A stretch of 64,000 bases of DNA from positions 493 to 64,492 of the forward strand of contig PEAA01000005.1 of the NCBI GenBank assembly GCA_002753275.1. The letters are read 5' to 3'. Made by a program: the position numbers and the translations under genes. Positions 42,824 through 52,703 of this stretch are shown one piece after another (the stretch's first letter is position 1; each line of letters opens with the position of its first letter). The stretch is from Zetaproteobacteria bacterium (GTDB lineage Bacteria > Pseudomonadota > Zetaproteobacteria > Mariprofundales > Mariprofundaceae). The notes under the pieces are model-generated. The model searched no databases. It saw nothing but the letters and a program-made list of their open reading frames with translations, and was not told the origin of the DNA.

Positions 42824-43478
42824 TGTATTAACCATCGCGTTATCAAAAGGGCGGATTCTTGAAGAGACGCTACCACTGTTGGAACATGCCGATATTTTAC
42901 CTGTAGAAGATGTTTTTACGACACGAAAGTTAATGGTTGATGGCCCTGAAGGGATTCGTTTTTTGATTATTCGCGCAGCAGATGTTTGTACTTATGTCGA
43001 GCGTGGTGCTGCAGATATGGGGATTGTTGGGCGTGACCTTTTGCTGGAATGGCGTCCGCAAGTATTTGAACCGCTGGACTTGAAGATTGGTGCATGCCGT
43101 TTATGTGTTGCCGGCCCTGAAGCGAGTGTGGCGCAGGGGAAACCCGAGGCTGGTTCGCGTGTCAGAATCGCAACCAAGTATGACTATTTGGCGAAACAAT
43201 ATTATATGAAACAGAGCGTCCAGGCCGATATTATTCATCTTTATGGATCGATGGAGTTGGCGCCTCTTGTGGGAATGGCCGATCGGATTTTTGATGTTGT
43301 TTCAACGGGAGGGACACTGCGCGCCAATGGGTTGGTTGAGGAGGAGAGTCTCTACGAAATCACCAGCCGTTTGATTGTAAACCCTGTCAGTTTTGCAATG
43401 AAAAAAGGGTTGATTCAACCCATGATAGAACATTTACGAGAAGCGGTTGCCTTGCGGGTAGCGGCGGAGGAGAAGTGA
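42804..43478 (+). CDS. hisG: ATP phosphoribosyltransferase, short form (HisG-S)
   Basis: [13 protein letters not shown] is present. At 224 aa it lacks the C-terminal regulatory domain. The TTG start follows GGGGAG and overlaps murA by 20 nt. Confidence 0.9.
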   Translation: MSTNSNDVLTIALSKGRILEETLPLLEHADILPVEDVFTTRKLMVDGPEGIRFLIIRAADVCTYVERGAADMGIVGRDLLLEWRPQVFEPLDLKIGACRLCVAGPEASVAQGKPEAGSRVRIATKYDYLAKQYYMKQSVQADIIHLYGSMELAPLVGMADRIFDVVSTGGTLRANGLVEEESLYEITSRLIVNPVSFAMKKGLIQPMIEHLREAVALRVAAEEK

Positions 43479-44776
43479 TGGCTATAAAACGACTGTCCTC
43501 GTTGGATGTGGACTTTGATGCACAACTGGATGCCTTATTGTTGCGTGAAACAGACACTGGTGCAGATGTGCAAGATTTGGTTGCCAAGATTTTGGCTGAT
43601 GTGAAAACGCAAGGTGATACCGCCCTTTGTGCATATACCGCGAAGTTTGATGCTTGGGCGTGTACGCCTGCGACGATGGTGATTACCCGTGAGCGGATGG
43701 AAGAGGCATGGCATGGAGTATCTGATATGGATCGGCAATCCTTGCAACTGGCAACTGATCGTATTCGTGCCTATCACGAGCGACAACGCCAGAGTGATTG
43801 GGAGTATACTGATGAGGTGGGGTTAACGCTTGGTCAGAGGATTACCCCCCTTGATCGCGTGGGTCTATATGTTCCTGGAGGCAAAGCAGCATACCCTTCA
43901 TCGGTATTGATGAATGCTGTGCCGGCACATGTTGCGGGTGTTACTGAAATTGTCATGGTGGTGCCAACGCCTGAGGGTGAGATGAATGATATGGTGCTTG
44001 CTGCAGCCTACATTTCAGGCGTGCAAAAAGGGTTTGCTGTGGGGGGGGCACAAGCGGTTGCTGCGTTAGCCTATGGGACAGAAACGATCCCTGCTGTTGA
44101 TAAAATTGTTGGGCCTGGTAATAAATTTGTGGCGGCCGCAAAACGGCAGGTTTTTGGCACTTGTGGTATCGATATGATTGCAGGACCCAGTGAAATTGTG
44201 GTGGTTGCCAATGATGGTCATCCTGAGTGGATTGCGGCTGATTTTCTTTCGCAAGCAGAGCATGATGAAGCGGCGCAGAGTATTTTGGTCTCAACCAGTA
44301 CTGATCTTTTGAATGCGGTTGAAGCGGCGATTGAGAAACATCTTTCTGTCCTGCCGCGTGCAGCGATTGCGCGCGCATCGGTTGAAAATCATGGTGCTTT
44401 GATTCATGTTCAAAATCTTTCCGAAGCTGCAGATACCGTGAATAAAATTGCGCCAGAACATCTGGAATTGGCAATGGATGACCCTGATGTTTTGCTTCCG
44501 TATATCAAACATGCAGGGGCGATCTTTTTAGGTCATTTTGTACCAGAAGCACTGGGTGATTATATCGCAGGCCCCAACCATGTATTGCCCACCAATCGTA
44601 CGGCGCGTTTCTCTTCACCGCTTGGCGTTTATGATTTTACCAAGCGTAGCAGTGTGATTCGTTCGAGTCGTGATGGTGTGGCAGCAATCGGTGCTGAGGC
44701 TGCTCACTTGGCGCATCGAGAAGGTTTGCAAGCGCATGCCTTGACCTTAGAACTGCGTTTGCAGGATATGCAGTGA
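43478..44776 (+). CDS. hisD: Histidinol dehydrogenase
   Basis: It has hisD-family sequence, including the GPSE and QAEHD contexts. The ATG at 43478 overlaps the hisG TGA, and GGAGGAG lies upstream. Confidence 0.95.
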   Translation: MAIKRLSSLDVDFDAQLDALLLRETDTGADVQDLVAKILADVKTQGDTALCAYTAKFDAWACTPATMVITRERMEEAWHGVSDMDRQSLQLATDRIRAYHERQRQSDWEYTDEVGLTLGQRITPLDRVGLYVPGGKAAYPSSVLMNAVPAHVAGVTEIVMVVPTPEGEMNDMVLAAAYISGVQKGFAVGGAQAVAALAYGTETIPAVDKIVGPGNKFVAAAKRQVFGTCGIDMIAGPSEIVVVANDGHPEWIAADFLSQAEHDEAAQSILVSTSTDLLNAVEAAIEKHLSVLPRAAIARASVENHGALIHVQNLSEAADTVNKIAPEHLELAMDDPDVLLPYIKHAGAIFLGHFVPEALGDYIAGPNHVLPTNRTARFSSPLGVYDFTKRSSVIRSSRDGVAAIGAEAAHLAHREGLQAHALTLELRLQDMQ

Positions 44777-45813
44777 TTCGTGAAGATATCTGTGATTTAG
44801 CTGCATATCATGTGGCGGATGCTACGGGGATGATTAAGCTGGATGCAATGGAAAACCCTTACGCACTGCCATCTTCGCTTGATGGAGCGTGGTGTGAGGC
44901 GATGAAATCGGTTGCGATTAACCGTTATCCTGATGCTGAGATGTATGGGTTGCGTGCAAAAATTGCCAAACAAGAGGGAATTGATGCTGATCAAGTACTG
45001 ATTGGTAATGGCTCGGATGAAATTATTCAAATGTTAATTATGGCGGCTTCGCCAGGTGCTTGCGTGTCTCCATCGCCAAGTTTTGTCATGTATGAGATGG
45101 TTTCGAAGTGGCTTCATCGTCCTTTTGTTGCAGTTCCATTGCAGGATGATTTTACCTTGAATGGCGATGCTTTTCTTCAAGCGTGTCGTGAGAATCAAGC
45201 AAGTCTTGCCTTCTTACCATGCCCCAACAATCCGACGGGAAACTTATGGGATGAAGCGGAGATTCAAACCATTGCGGATGGTTTCTCGGGACTTTTGATT
45301 ATTGATGAGGCCTATCTTCCCTTTGCGGGACGGACCCATACGCAGATGATCTCTAGCAATGTTATGGTAATGAGAACCTTCTCTAAATTGGGTTGGGCGG
45401 GATTGCGTTTGGGCTATCTTATGGGTGATGTTTCTGTGATTGCAGAACTTAACAAGGTTCGTTTACCCTATAATATTAATAGCTTGACGCAAGCTGCTGC
45501 CAATCTTCTTTTGGACCATGCAGACCTTTTTTCTGCACAAACCGATGAGATTTGCCGTGAGCGTGGTCGCGTAATGGCGCTGCTTGAAAAAAATACCAAG
45601 TTGCAACTGTTCCCATCTGATGCCAATTTTATTTTGATGCGCCTGTTGCAACATGATGCAATCACCGTCTTCCAAGCATTAAAAGAGCGAAAAATTTTGA
45701 TCAAGTGCTTTGCACAAACAACGGGGGCGCTGGCTAACTGTTTGCGTGTAACTATTGGAACTTATGAAGAAAATGAAGTATTTATGAAGGCATTGGGTGA
45801 GGTGATGCAATGA
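44773..45813 (+). CDS. hisC: Histidinol-phosphate aminotransferase
   Basis: It is a class II aminotransferase. The PLP-Lys context is [15 protein letters not shown]. It has a GTGA overlap with hisD. Confidence 0.9.
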   Translation: MIREDICDLAAYHVADATGMIKLDAMENPYALPSSLDGAWCEAMKSVAINRYPDAEMYGLRAKIAKQEGIDADQVLIGNGSDEIIQMLIMAASPGACVSPSPSFVMYEMVSKWLHRPFVAVPLQDDFTLNGDAFLQACRENQASLAFLPCPNNPTGNLWDEAEIQTIADGFSGLLIIDEAYLPFAGRTHTQMISSNVMVMRTFSKLGWAGLRLGYLMGDVSVIAELNKVRLPYNINSLTQAAANLLLDHADLFSAQTDEICRERGRVMALLEKNTKLQLFPSDANFILMRLLQHDAITVFQALKERKILIKCFAQTTGALANCLRVTIGTYEENEVFMKALGEVMQ

Positions 45814-46400
45814 GTCGTATGGCAACCATTAAACGCGCAACAAAAGAGACAGCTATTGAGTTATCGTTAAATTTGGATGGTGATGGGAAATCAGATATTC
45901 AAACCAGTATTCCATTTTTGGATCATATGTTGGATCAAATTGTCCGCCACGGCTTGATTGATTTGACCATTCGTGCCAACGGTGATCGTGATATCGACGA
46001 TCATCATACCGTTGAAGATATAGGCATTTGTTTCGGTGAAGCCCTTTATCAAGCTGTTGGCAATAAAGTTGGAATTGTTCGTTATGGTCATGCCTATGTT
46101 CCGTTGGATGAAGCGTTGTCGCGCGTTGTGCTTGATTTGTCGGGGCGCCCAGGGCTCGAGTATCATGTTTCCTTTCCAAAGGAGAAGGTGGGTAATTTTG
46201 ATATTGATCTCTTTAAAGAGTTTTTTCAAGCCGTCAGCAACCATGGTCGTATGACCCTTCATATTGATACATTGCGTGGTGACAATAACCACCACATTAT
46301 TGAAACGATTTTTAAAGCATTGGGTCGGGCATTGCGTCTTGCCATCAGTCAAGATCCACGCAGCGAAGGTGTTATTCCTTCAACCAAAGGCTCACTTTAA
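45810..46400 (+). CDS. hisB: Imidazoleglycerol-phosphate dehydratase (monofunctional)
   Basis: [27 protein letters not shown] and GDNNHHIIE are present. It has an ATGA overlap with hisC. Confidence 0.95.
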   Translation: MSRMATIKRATKETAIELSLNLDGDGKSDIQTSIPFLDHMLDQIVRHGLIDLTIRANGDRDIDDHHTVEDIGICFGEALYQAVGNKVGIVRYGHAYVPLDEALSRVVLDLSGRPGLEYHVSFPKEKVGNFDIDLFKEFFQAVSNHGRMTLHIDTLRGDNNHHIIETIFKALGRALRLAISQDPRSEGVIPSTKGSL

Positions 46401-46425
46401 TGTTGAAGTGGCTAGGGAGACGACC

Positions 46426-47058
46426 ATGGTAACAGTCGGATTGATCGATTATGGTATGGGGAATATGCACTCTGTGACCAAAGCGCTTGAGAAAGCGGGC
46501 AGTCAAGTTGTCCATGTCCATACACCTGAAGCTTTAATGCAAATGGATCGTATCGTTTTACCTGGGGTAGGTGCTTTTCGCGATTGCATGGCAGTTTTGC
46601 AGGAAAAAGGGTTGGATGAGGCAATTTTGGAGCGTATTCAAGCTGGAATGCCTTTTTTGGGAATCTGCTTGGGCATGCAAGTGTTGATGCAGAGCTCAAT
46701 GGAGTTTGGTTTCTATCAAGGATTAAAAGTAATTCCTGGGGCTGTGAAGCCTTTTCCTGAAACCCATCCTGAACGCGGGTTTAAGATTCCTCACATGGGT
46801 TGGAATGATGTGCTTCTGGGCGCAAATCATGATCATCCGGTGTTGTCGACACTACAGGGGCAGCAGGTCTATTATGTACATTCCTATGTGTGCGTTCCTG
46901 ATCAGTCCGAGCATATTTTGGCAGCATGTAGTTATGGTGATCACCCTTTTGCTTGCGCTATCGGTCATGACAATGTGCTGGGGGTACAGTTTCACCCTGA
47001 AAAGAGTCAGCAGGCAGGTTTAAATATGTTGAAGGCATTTATTGATTGGCGAATTTAG
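46426..47058 (+). CDS. hisH: Imidazole glycerol phosphate synthase, glutamine amidotransferase subunit
   Basis: MVTVGLIDYGMGNMHS, the nucleophile context GICLGMQ and the C-terminal VQFHPEKS are present. AGGGAGA lies 6 nt upstream of the ATG at 46426. The tracked ORF start at 46264 would overlap hisB. Confidence 0.93.
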   Translation: MVTVGLIDYGMGNMHSVTKALEKAGSQVVHVHTPEALMQMDRIVLPGVGAFRDCMAVLQEKGLDEAILERIQAGMPFLGICLGMQVLMQSSMEFGFYQGLKVIPGAVKPFPETHPERGFKIPHMGWNDVLLGANHDHPVLSTLQGQQVYYVHSYVCVPDQSEHILAACSYGDHPFACAIGHDNVLGVQFHPEKSQQAGLNMLKAFIDWRI

Positions 47059-47100
47059 CGTGCTTCGCGTGTGGGTCAGCAGTATGTTCCCATCTGATTT

Positions 47101-47109
47101 TGCTATAAT
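47101..47109 (+). promoter_or_regulatory. Extended -10 promoter element (TGCTATAAT) upstream of phoH2
   Basis: It is an exact TGnTATAAT, 24 nt upstream of the phoH2 ATG. AAGGAG lies between them. Confidence 0.45.
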
Positions 47110-47132
47110 TATAGACTACCAAGGAGTTTATT

Positions 47133-48500
47133 ATGGGAATAGAAGAGCATCGTAAAATTTATGTGCTTGATACCAATGTGTTGATTCATGATCCCAATGC
47201 ATTGCAGCGTTTTGATGAGCATGATGTGGTGTTGCCCATCATTGTTCTTGAAGAGATGGATAAAGTCAAACGCGGGCAGGATGAATTGGCGCGAAATGTG
47301 CGTGATGCTTCCCGACAACTGGATCAATTAAGTGCCGATACCGAGGATCTAGCCCAAGGATGTCCGCTTCCTGGTGGTGGGCGGCTCTTTTTTCAAGTCA
47401 ATGAAGCCGATTTAAAAACATTACCCACGGGGATGATGCAGGCGAGTGCGGACAATCAGATCATTGCTGTTACCAAAGCGTTACAAAATGAGAATCCTGA
47501 TCGTCATGTGATTTTAGTCTCCAAAGATATCAATTTGCGTATCAAAGCGAGAGCGCTTGATTTGGTTTCCGAAGATTACCGTTCCGATCGGGTGGTTGAT
47601 GACCTCGATGTCTTGTCAGTTGGTTATCAGGCTCTGAGTGAGTCAGAGTGGACAGCCATGGGTGATGGTATGCAGGTGACAGAAGGGGGGCTTGGTCATA
47701 GCTATTCAGTGCGCTGGCCTGAAACAAAAGAGATTCCAGCATTAAATAGTTTTGTCATTCTTCCTGGTGGGAAAGAGCAGGCACTTCGTTGCATGAAGGT
47801 TGAAGAGGGGCGCCGTGTTTTTCTCCATGAGCCTTATTCTTACCGTAGCGAAAGGCATGCCGTTTGGAGTGTTGTCGCGCGAAATTTAGAGCAAAATATG
47901 GCGATGAATTTGTTGATGGATCCAAATTTGGATTTGGTTTCGATTATGGGATTGGCGGGTTCAGGTAAAACATTGCTTGCTTTGGCATGTGGGCTACAAC
48001 AAACCCTCGAAGCGGGGATTTATGAGCGCATTTTAGTGACCCGTGCAACAGTTCCTATGGGCGGTCAAGATATTGGTTTTTTACCAGGGACAGAAAAAGA
48101 GAAGCTTGAACCTTGGATGGGGGCCATTACCGACAACTTGTCCCTTCTTTTGGGCGATGATGCTAGAGATTTATCATCAGCATTGGGTCAGCACCGCATC
48201 GAGATTGCGGCGTTGTCTTATTCGCGTGGGCGAACATTTACCAACACTTGGTTGATTGTTGATGAGGCGCAAAATTTAACACCACATCAGATGAAAACGC
48301 TGATTACGCGGATGGGAGAGGGTTCCAAAATGATCATTTTGGGTAATAATGGTCAGATTGATACCCCATACTTAACAGCGCATACCAATGGAATGACGCT
48401 GGCCATAGAACGCTTTACCAATTGGCCTTTTTCAGGGCATGTGGTGCTTGAAAACAGCGAGCGCTCTCGCCTTGCTGCCTATGCAACGCAGGTTTTGTAA
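47133..48500 (+). CDS. PhoH2: N-terminal PIN nuclease domain fused to PhoH-like ATPase
   Basis: The PIN motif is YVLDTNVLIHDP. The Walker A motif is GLAGSGKTLLAL and the Walker B motif is LIVDEAQNL. Confidence 0.85.
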   Translation: MGIEEHRKIYVLDTNVLIHDPNALQRFDEHDVVLPIIVLEEMDKVKRGQDELARNVRDASRQLDQLSADTEDLAQGCPLPGGGRLFFQVNEADLKTLPTGMMQASADNQIIAVTKALQNENPDRHVILVSKDINLRIKARALDLVSEDYRSDRVVDDLDVLSVGYQALSESEWTAMGDGMQVTEGGLGHSYSVRWPETKEIPALNSFVILPGGKEQALRCMKVEEGRRVFLHEPYSYRSERHAVWSVVARNLEQNMAMNLLMDPNLDLVSIMGLAGSGKTLLALACGLQQTLEAGIYERILVTRATVPMGGQDIGFLPGTEKEKLEPWMGAITDNLSLLLGDDARDLSSALGQHRIEIAALSYSRGRTFTNTWLIVDEAQNLTPHQMKTLITRMGEGSKMIILGNNGQIDTPYLTAHTNGMTLAIERFTNWPFSGHVVLENSERSRLAAYATQVL

Positions 48501-48540
48501 TCGAGGTTATTTAGATAAATAGTCATAATATGGAGTATTA

Positions 48541-49299
48541 ATGGGACAAATTTTTCATGAAACGCGATTTTGGCACTATTGCCCAAATCCACTTTATGTG
48601 GGCTTGGGTGTAGGGCTTTTTTTACCTTGGGCGTTAATTTTACAACTTAATTACCATCTGCAAACGGCAGCATTGATGATTTTTGTAATCGCGATGGCGT
48701 TGATTGTATTGGGAGGATTGGGTTGGGCTGCGCAAACCATGGCAAAAAATAATGCCAATGCTCATGGTCATACGATGCCTATGTCACTTTTTGTTCTATT
48801 TGATCTGTTTGTTGTCCTAGGGCTATGGCTAGGTTTTGATATTGCCCATGTCGCTGTTTCACCTTGGCCTCCTGTGGAGAGCCCATTGGACCTTTTGCAA
48901 GTACCTGTGCAATGGATCGTTTTAATGTTGTTGTCGAGTAGTGCGATGTTTGCATCGCAAAAGTTTTTTATTGCCCAGCAGCATATGCGTGTTTTTTTAG
49001 CACTGTGTGTTGGACTGATCGCTTTAGGGACTATTTTTTACGCAATGATGACGCTTTTGAATGATTTGAACTCTGTTGGCTTTACGATGGTGAGTCATTC
49101 ATTTTCTGCAGCTGTATTTGCATTTGTTGGACTCTATCTTGTGCATCTTGTTATTGCGATGTTGATGTTGCTGACTCCTTTACAAGTGATTTTAAAAGGG
49201 CAAATACGAGGTGTTACTTTGGGGGCAATCGCAATCTATATTCATTTTGTTATGCTGCTTGGTATAGCTCTGGTCGTGATGATGTTTGGGTGGGCTTAG
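48541..49299 (+). CDS. Heme-copper oxidase subunit III-like membrane protein (divergent)
   Basis: It has ~7 TM helices. The C-terminal half aligns by eye to Cox3: PWPPVE vs VWPPEG, FVGLYLVHLVIAML vs ATGFHGAHVIIGTI, and LKGQ conserved. Confidence 0.62.
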   Translation: MGQIFHETRFWHYCPNPLYVGLGVGLFLPWALILQLNYHLQTAALMIFVIAMALIVLGGLGWAAQTMAKNNANAHGHTMPMSLFVLFDLFVVLGLWLGFDIAHVAVSPWPPVESPLDLLQVPVQWIVLMLLSSSAMFASQKFFIAQQHMRVFLALCVGLIALGTIFYAMMTLLNDLNSVGFTMVSHSFSAAVFAFVGLYLVHLVIAMLMLLTPLQVILKGQIRGVTLGAIAIYIHFVMLLGIALVVMMFGWA

Positions 49300-49406
49300 T
49301 TTCGACCTCATCTAGAGTCGATGAGGTGTTGGAAAGAATAGAAATGAGTAGGTTGAATTGAAGAGATATTTTTTTGATCGCTATTGCACAGTTGGGAGAG
49401 AAATGA

Positions 49407-51017
49407 ATGGGTAGTTTTATGGGGCATGAGCCTGGCGGGTATGAACATTGGCCAAAGCTTTTTTCAGAGTGGCTTTTTTCAATGGATCATAAAGTGATTG
49501 CTGTCGGATACCTTTTGGGTTCGATTATAGCGTTGTTGCTATCAATTTTTACTGCATTGAAAATTGATACGGGTTGGGAGATTGCAGGGATGTCGATTGC
49601 CGATGTGGTCTTTCATATCGCTTTGAGTATGCAGGGTAGTGTGTTGTTGTTTGGTTTCATGATACCAGCACTGTTTGGTTTTTTTGCCAGTTGGGTGTTG
49701 CCTATTATGGTTGGTGCAAAATCGATTGCATTTCCGCGCTTGCATGCATGTGGGTTATGGATGTTTTTCTCAGGGTTGATTTTGGCTATAGCCAATCTAT
49801 TTATTCCCGATCCATTTTATGGTTTTGGTGCATCATCAATTGCTTATGCGTTTTCAGAACATAGTAATAATGTGATGCTCTATTTCTGTATGGTTGCTGT
49901 GTGGAGTTTGTCGGCAGTTTTTTTAGTCATCAATCTGATTGCGACAACGGTTTCAATGCGTGCAACAGGAGTTCAGTGGATGCAATTGAACATGTTTGTT
50001 TGGAGTATTGTACTCGCTGGCTTTTTGTTATTGCTATTCATGGCCATGAACTTCGCTTCGATGTTGATGTTGGCATTGAACCCTTTTGTTGGGAAAGCAT
50101 TTTATTTTATTCAGAATACAGGTGAGGTGTTTATTGATCAAACACTCATTTGGGCCTATAGCCATCTTTTGCCAATGTTGTTGCTGCTGCCAGTGTTGGG
50201 ATTATGCCTTGATATTTTTGCGACATTCACTAAACAAATGCCATTGGGTTATCCCGTTTTGGTTGGAGTGATGTCATTATTCATCCCTGCATCCATTCTC
50301 TCGGTGGTGTTTCATGGTTATGTTGTGACATCGATTTCGCAAAGCCTTCTTGTCATGGCAACAGGATTGCAAATTTTTCCGGCAGTCGTTGTGCTATTTT
50401 CATTGATTTGGATGGTGATGCGTGGATGGAATCGAACGGCATGGAGCGGAGCGATGTTCGCAGCACTGAGTGTGTGGATGTTGTTGTGTTTCGCATTGGT
50501 CTTGCAATCTGTTGAATATATGACAGCCCTGCCTTTAGGCGCACATGTGCTACTGTTGATCATTTTGGCTGTGATTCAGTCAATTTTTGCAGCGCTGTTT
50601 TATTTCTTGCCAAAATTGAGTGGTCGTGTTGGTAATCGTTGGATGATGCATGCATCATCGCTACTTTTTTTCGTTGCAGCCTTGATGATGAGTGTGCCTA
50701 CTATTTTGCTTCATCAAGGTGTTGAAAATACCACGGCCAATCCATTTGCAATAATTGCTATGTATCTATTGATTGCCGCAGTTATTTTATCGGTTCTCAC
50801 TGTATTGCATACATTATTGGCAGGTGAAAAGGTGACAGAGGATAACTTATGGGGGTCGCAATCATTGGAATGGTCTCAGACAGCCGTAATTCCAGGGCAA
50901 GGAAACTTCCCTAACCCTCTTATTGTTCCAAGTGATTGGACGCCATATGGCTATGAGCAGAATGGCGTGATCCAATTTGATTTAGAGGCGCGTGTTGCCT
51001 CATATAAAAATAAATAG
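49407..51017 (+). CDS. Heme-copper oxidase subunit I-like protein with incomplete metal-ligand set
   Basis: Collinear matches to A-type subunit I are FSMDHKVIAVGYLL, LPIMVGAKSIAFPRL, MFVWSIV, IWAYSHLLPMLLLLP, FLPKLSG and SLEWS. H70, H253, H303 and H380 are retained. Positions equivalent to bovine H291, H378, E242 and Y244 read G, L, L and M. Confidence 0.78.
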   Translation: MGSFMGHEPGGYEHWPKLFSEWLFSMDHKVIAVGYLLGSIIALLLSIFTALKIDTGWEIAGMSIADVVFHIALSMQGSVLLFGFMIPALFGFFASWVLPIMVGAKSIAFPRLHACGLWMFFSGLILAIANLFIPDPFYGFGASSIAYAFSEHSNNVMLYFCMVAVWSLSAVFLVINLIATTVSMRATGVQWMQLNMFVWSIVLAGFLLLLFMAMNFASMLMLALNPFVGKAFYFIQNTGEVFIDQTLIWAYSHLLPMLLLLPVLGLCLDIFATFTKQMPLGYPVLVGVMSLFIPASILSVVFHGYVVTSISQSLLVMATGLQIFPAVVVLFSLIWMVMRGWNRTAWSGAMFAALSVWMLLCFALVLQSVEYMTALPLGAHVLLLIILAVIQSIFAALFYFLPKLSGRVGNRWMMHASSLLFFVAALMMSVPTILLHQGVENTTANPFAIIAMYLLIAAVILSVLTVLHTLLAGEKVTEDNLWGSQSLEWSQTAVIPGQGNFPNPLIVPSDWTPYGYEQNGVIQFDLEARVASYKNK

Positions 51018-51036
51018 AAAAAGCGAGAGTTTATAG

Positions 51037-51522
51037 ATGCATCTATTTTTACTGTTTGTGGGGCTTGTTCTATGTTCAACACAACCTCTGGAGGCTGCGG
51101 AGTTAGAAATATCATTGGCGACCGTGCGCATGCCCCCTCCCCAAAGTGATACGGCTGCCGCTTATATGCAGATTAAAAATATATCCAATAAGCCGGTGGT
51201 GATCTCTTCGATTGTCTCAAATGTTGCGAAGGTCACGGAGCTGCATTCGATGCGTATGGAAGGGGACCGAATGATCATGAGTGAAGTGAAAAAAACACGC
51301 ATTGAAGTGGGCGCAACGCTCGATTTATCGCCCAGTGCGATGCATTTAATGTTGATGGATTTATATGAGGATTTGCGGGCTGGAGATCAGGTGATGATTA
51401 CTTTTTACTTGCAGTCGGGCAAAGAGGAGATGGTTCATGCGTTGGTTCAAGATATGCGTAATAAGTCCATCGACCATGATGCCATGGATATGACACCAAT
51501 GAAGATGCATCACGCCCATTGA
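51037..51522 (+). CDS. Periplasmic copper chaperone PCu(A)C (DUF461 family)
   Basis: It has a signal peptide. The Cu(I) motif pattern H-x-M...M...H-x-M is present (ELHSMRMEGDRMIM...SAMHLMLM). The His/Met-rich C-terminal tail is DHDAMDMTPMKMHHAH. Confidence 0.8.
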   Translation: MHLFLLFVGLVLCSTQPLEAAELEISLATVRMPPPQSDTAAAYMQIKNISNKPVVISSIVSNVAKVTELHSMRMEGDRMIMSEVKKTRIEVGATLDLSPSAMHLMLMDLYEDLRAGDQVMITFYLQSGKEEMVHALVQDMRNKSIDHDAMDMTPMKMHHAH

Positions 51523-51565
51523 TCGATGCAATGCTTCTCGTTTGCTTACCTTATCAATGCGCGCA

Positions 51566-52303
51566 TTAGAATGGAAAATGGTGTTGTTTGATCTCAAATT
51601 CACCAGTGAATACTCGTGACACAGCCCCCTCAAGCAACATCATCTTCGGAGTCCCTGAAACAACCACCTGACCACCTGGCATCTCAATGGTTTGAGGTTC
51701 ATTGTGTTGATCACGGTGCCAAATGGCTGCCGTTACAGCACATGCACCGGAGCCGCAGGCAAGGGTTGGCCCTACGCCGCGTTCAATAATTTCTATCCAA
51801 GCATGGTTGCCCACTTGCCCCGTGATGATCTCAATGTTGTGCGTCGAGGATGCTTCAGTGATCGATTCCATGGCATCAAAAAAAACGCGATGTCGGTTGC
51901 CAATGTTGAGATCGATATGGTGCACATTTTCTTCCGTAATCACCGCATTCCCCATCGCCACCCGAATGCCAATATCAGTGCGCTCCGCTTGAATGGTTCG
52001 ATCATGAATGGCAAGGGTGCATTGGGGTTGATTCAATTGGCGAAGCAGGTAATCGCCCACACAGCGCAAACCATTGCCACAATTCATTGCCTGAGAGCCA
52101 TCTTGATTGTAAATCGTCAAAAAAGCATCAACTGCTGCAGTCTTTGTGAGTACCAACAGTTGATCACAGCCAATGCCCAAACGGCGATCTGTAAGGGTGC
52201 GAATGGTCGGAGTGTCAAGATGGGGAATCGGGTGGTTTAAGCCATCGATAATAATGAAATCATTTCCCTGCGCCTGCATTTTCACAAATGGAAAGAGTGG
52301 CAC
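51566..52303 (-). CDS. dapF: Diaminopimelate epimerase
   Basis: KMQAQGNDFIIID and both catalytic Cys contexts (MNCGNGLRC and LACGSGACA) are present. Confidence 0.93.
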   Translation of the reverse strand: MPLFPFVKMQAQGNDFIIIDGLNHPIPHLDTPTIRTLTDRRLGIGCDQLLVLTKTAAVDAFLTIYNQDGSQAMNCGNGLRCVGDYLLRQLNQPQCTLAIHDRTIQAERTDIGIRVAMGNAVITEENVHHIDLNIGNRHRVFFDAMESITEASSTHNIEIITGQVGNHAWIEIIERGVGPTLACGSGACAVTAAIWHRDQHNEPQTIEMPGGQVVVSGTPKMMLLEGAVSRVFTGEFEIKQHHFPF

Positions 52304-52308
52304 GGGTA

Positions 52309-52701
52309 TTAACCTTGTCGATGCTCAACAATAACAGATGTGTAGACACCACCGCGCACATTAAAGATCGCTTCGACCTTCAAATAGCGTGGATCAAGCA
52401 GCTGGATAAGATCGTTGGCAATCATGTTGGTGACTTGCTCATGAAAATGGCCCTCATCGCGAAATGACCAGTAGTAAAGTTTGAGCGATTTCAATTCGAC
52501 GCAGCGTTGATCGGGAATATAATCAAGTTTGATTTCTGCAAAATCAGGCTGCCCTGTTTTGGGGCAGAGGCAGGTGAACTCAGCAGAGTCGATACGAATA
52601 TTGTAGTCGCGTTCTGGATTGGGATTGGGAAAGATTTCCATACGCTTTTGTGGATAGTTTTGTTGTGCGCCCAATACCATAGGGTTGGAAAGTTCGTTCA
52701 T
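52309..52701 (-). CDS. queF: NADPH-dependent 7-cyano-7-deazaguanine reductase (unimodular QueF)
   Basis: The catalytic Cys context is [15 protein letters not shown]. The QueF motif is [16 protein letters not shown]. The protein is 130 aa. Confidence 0.9.
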   Translation of the reverse strand: MNELSNPMVLGAQQNYPQKRMEIFPNPNPERDYNIRIDSAEFTCLCPKTGQPDFAEIKLDYIPDQRCVELKSLKLYYWSFRDEGHFHEQVTNMIANDLIQLLDPRYLKVEAIFNVRGGVYTSVIVEHRQG

Positions 52702-52703
52702 GA

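Noticed and set aside
46264-46425. This is an upstream extension of the hisH ORF, which would make a 264-aa product.
   Set aside because: It would overlap hisB by 137 nt. The conserved HisH N-terminus (MVTVGLIDYGMGN) begins at the ATG at 46426, with AGGGAGA just upstream.
52702-52703. A preQ1 riboswitch might be expected upstream of queF.
   Set aside because: queF is separated from dapE by only 2 nt, and from dapF by 5 nt on the other side. There is no leader in which a riboswitch could reside.
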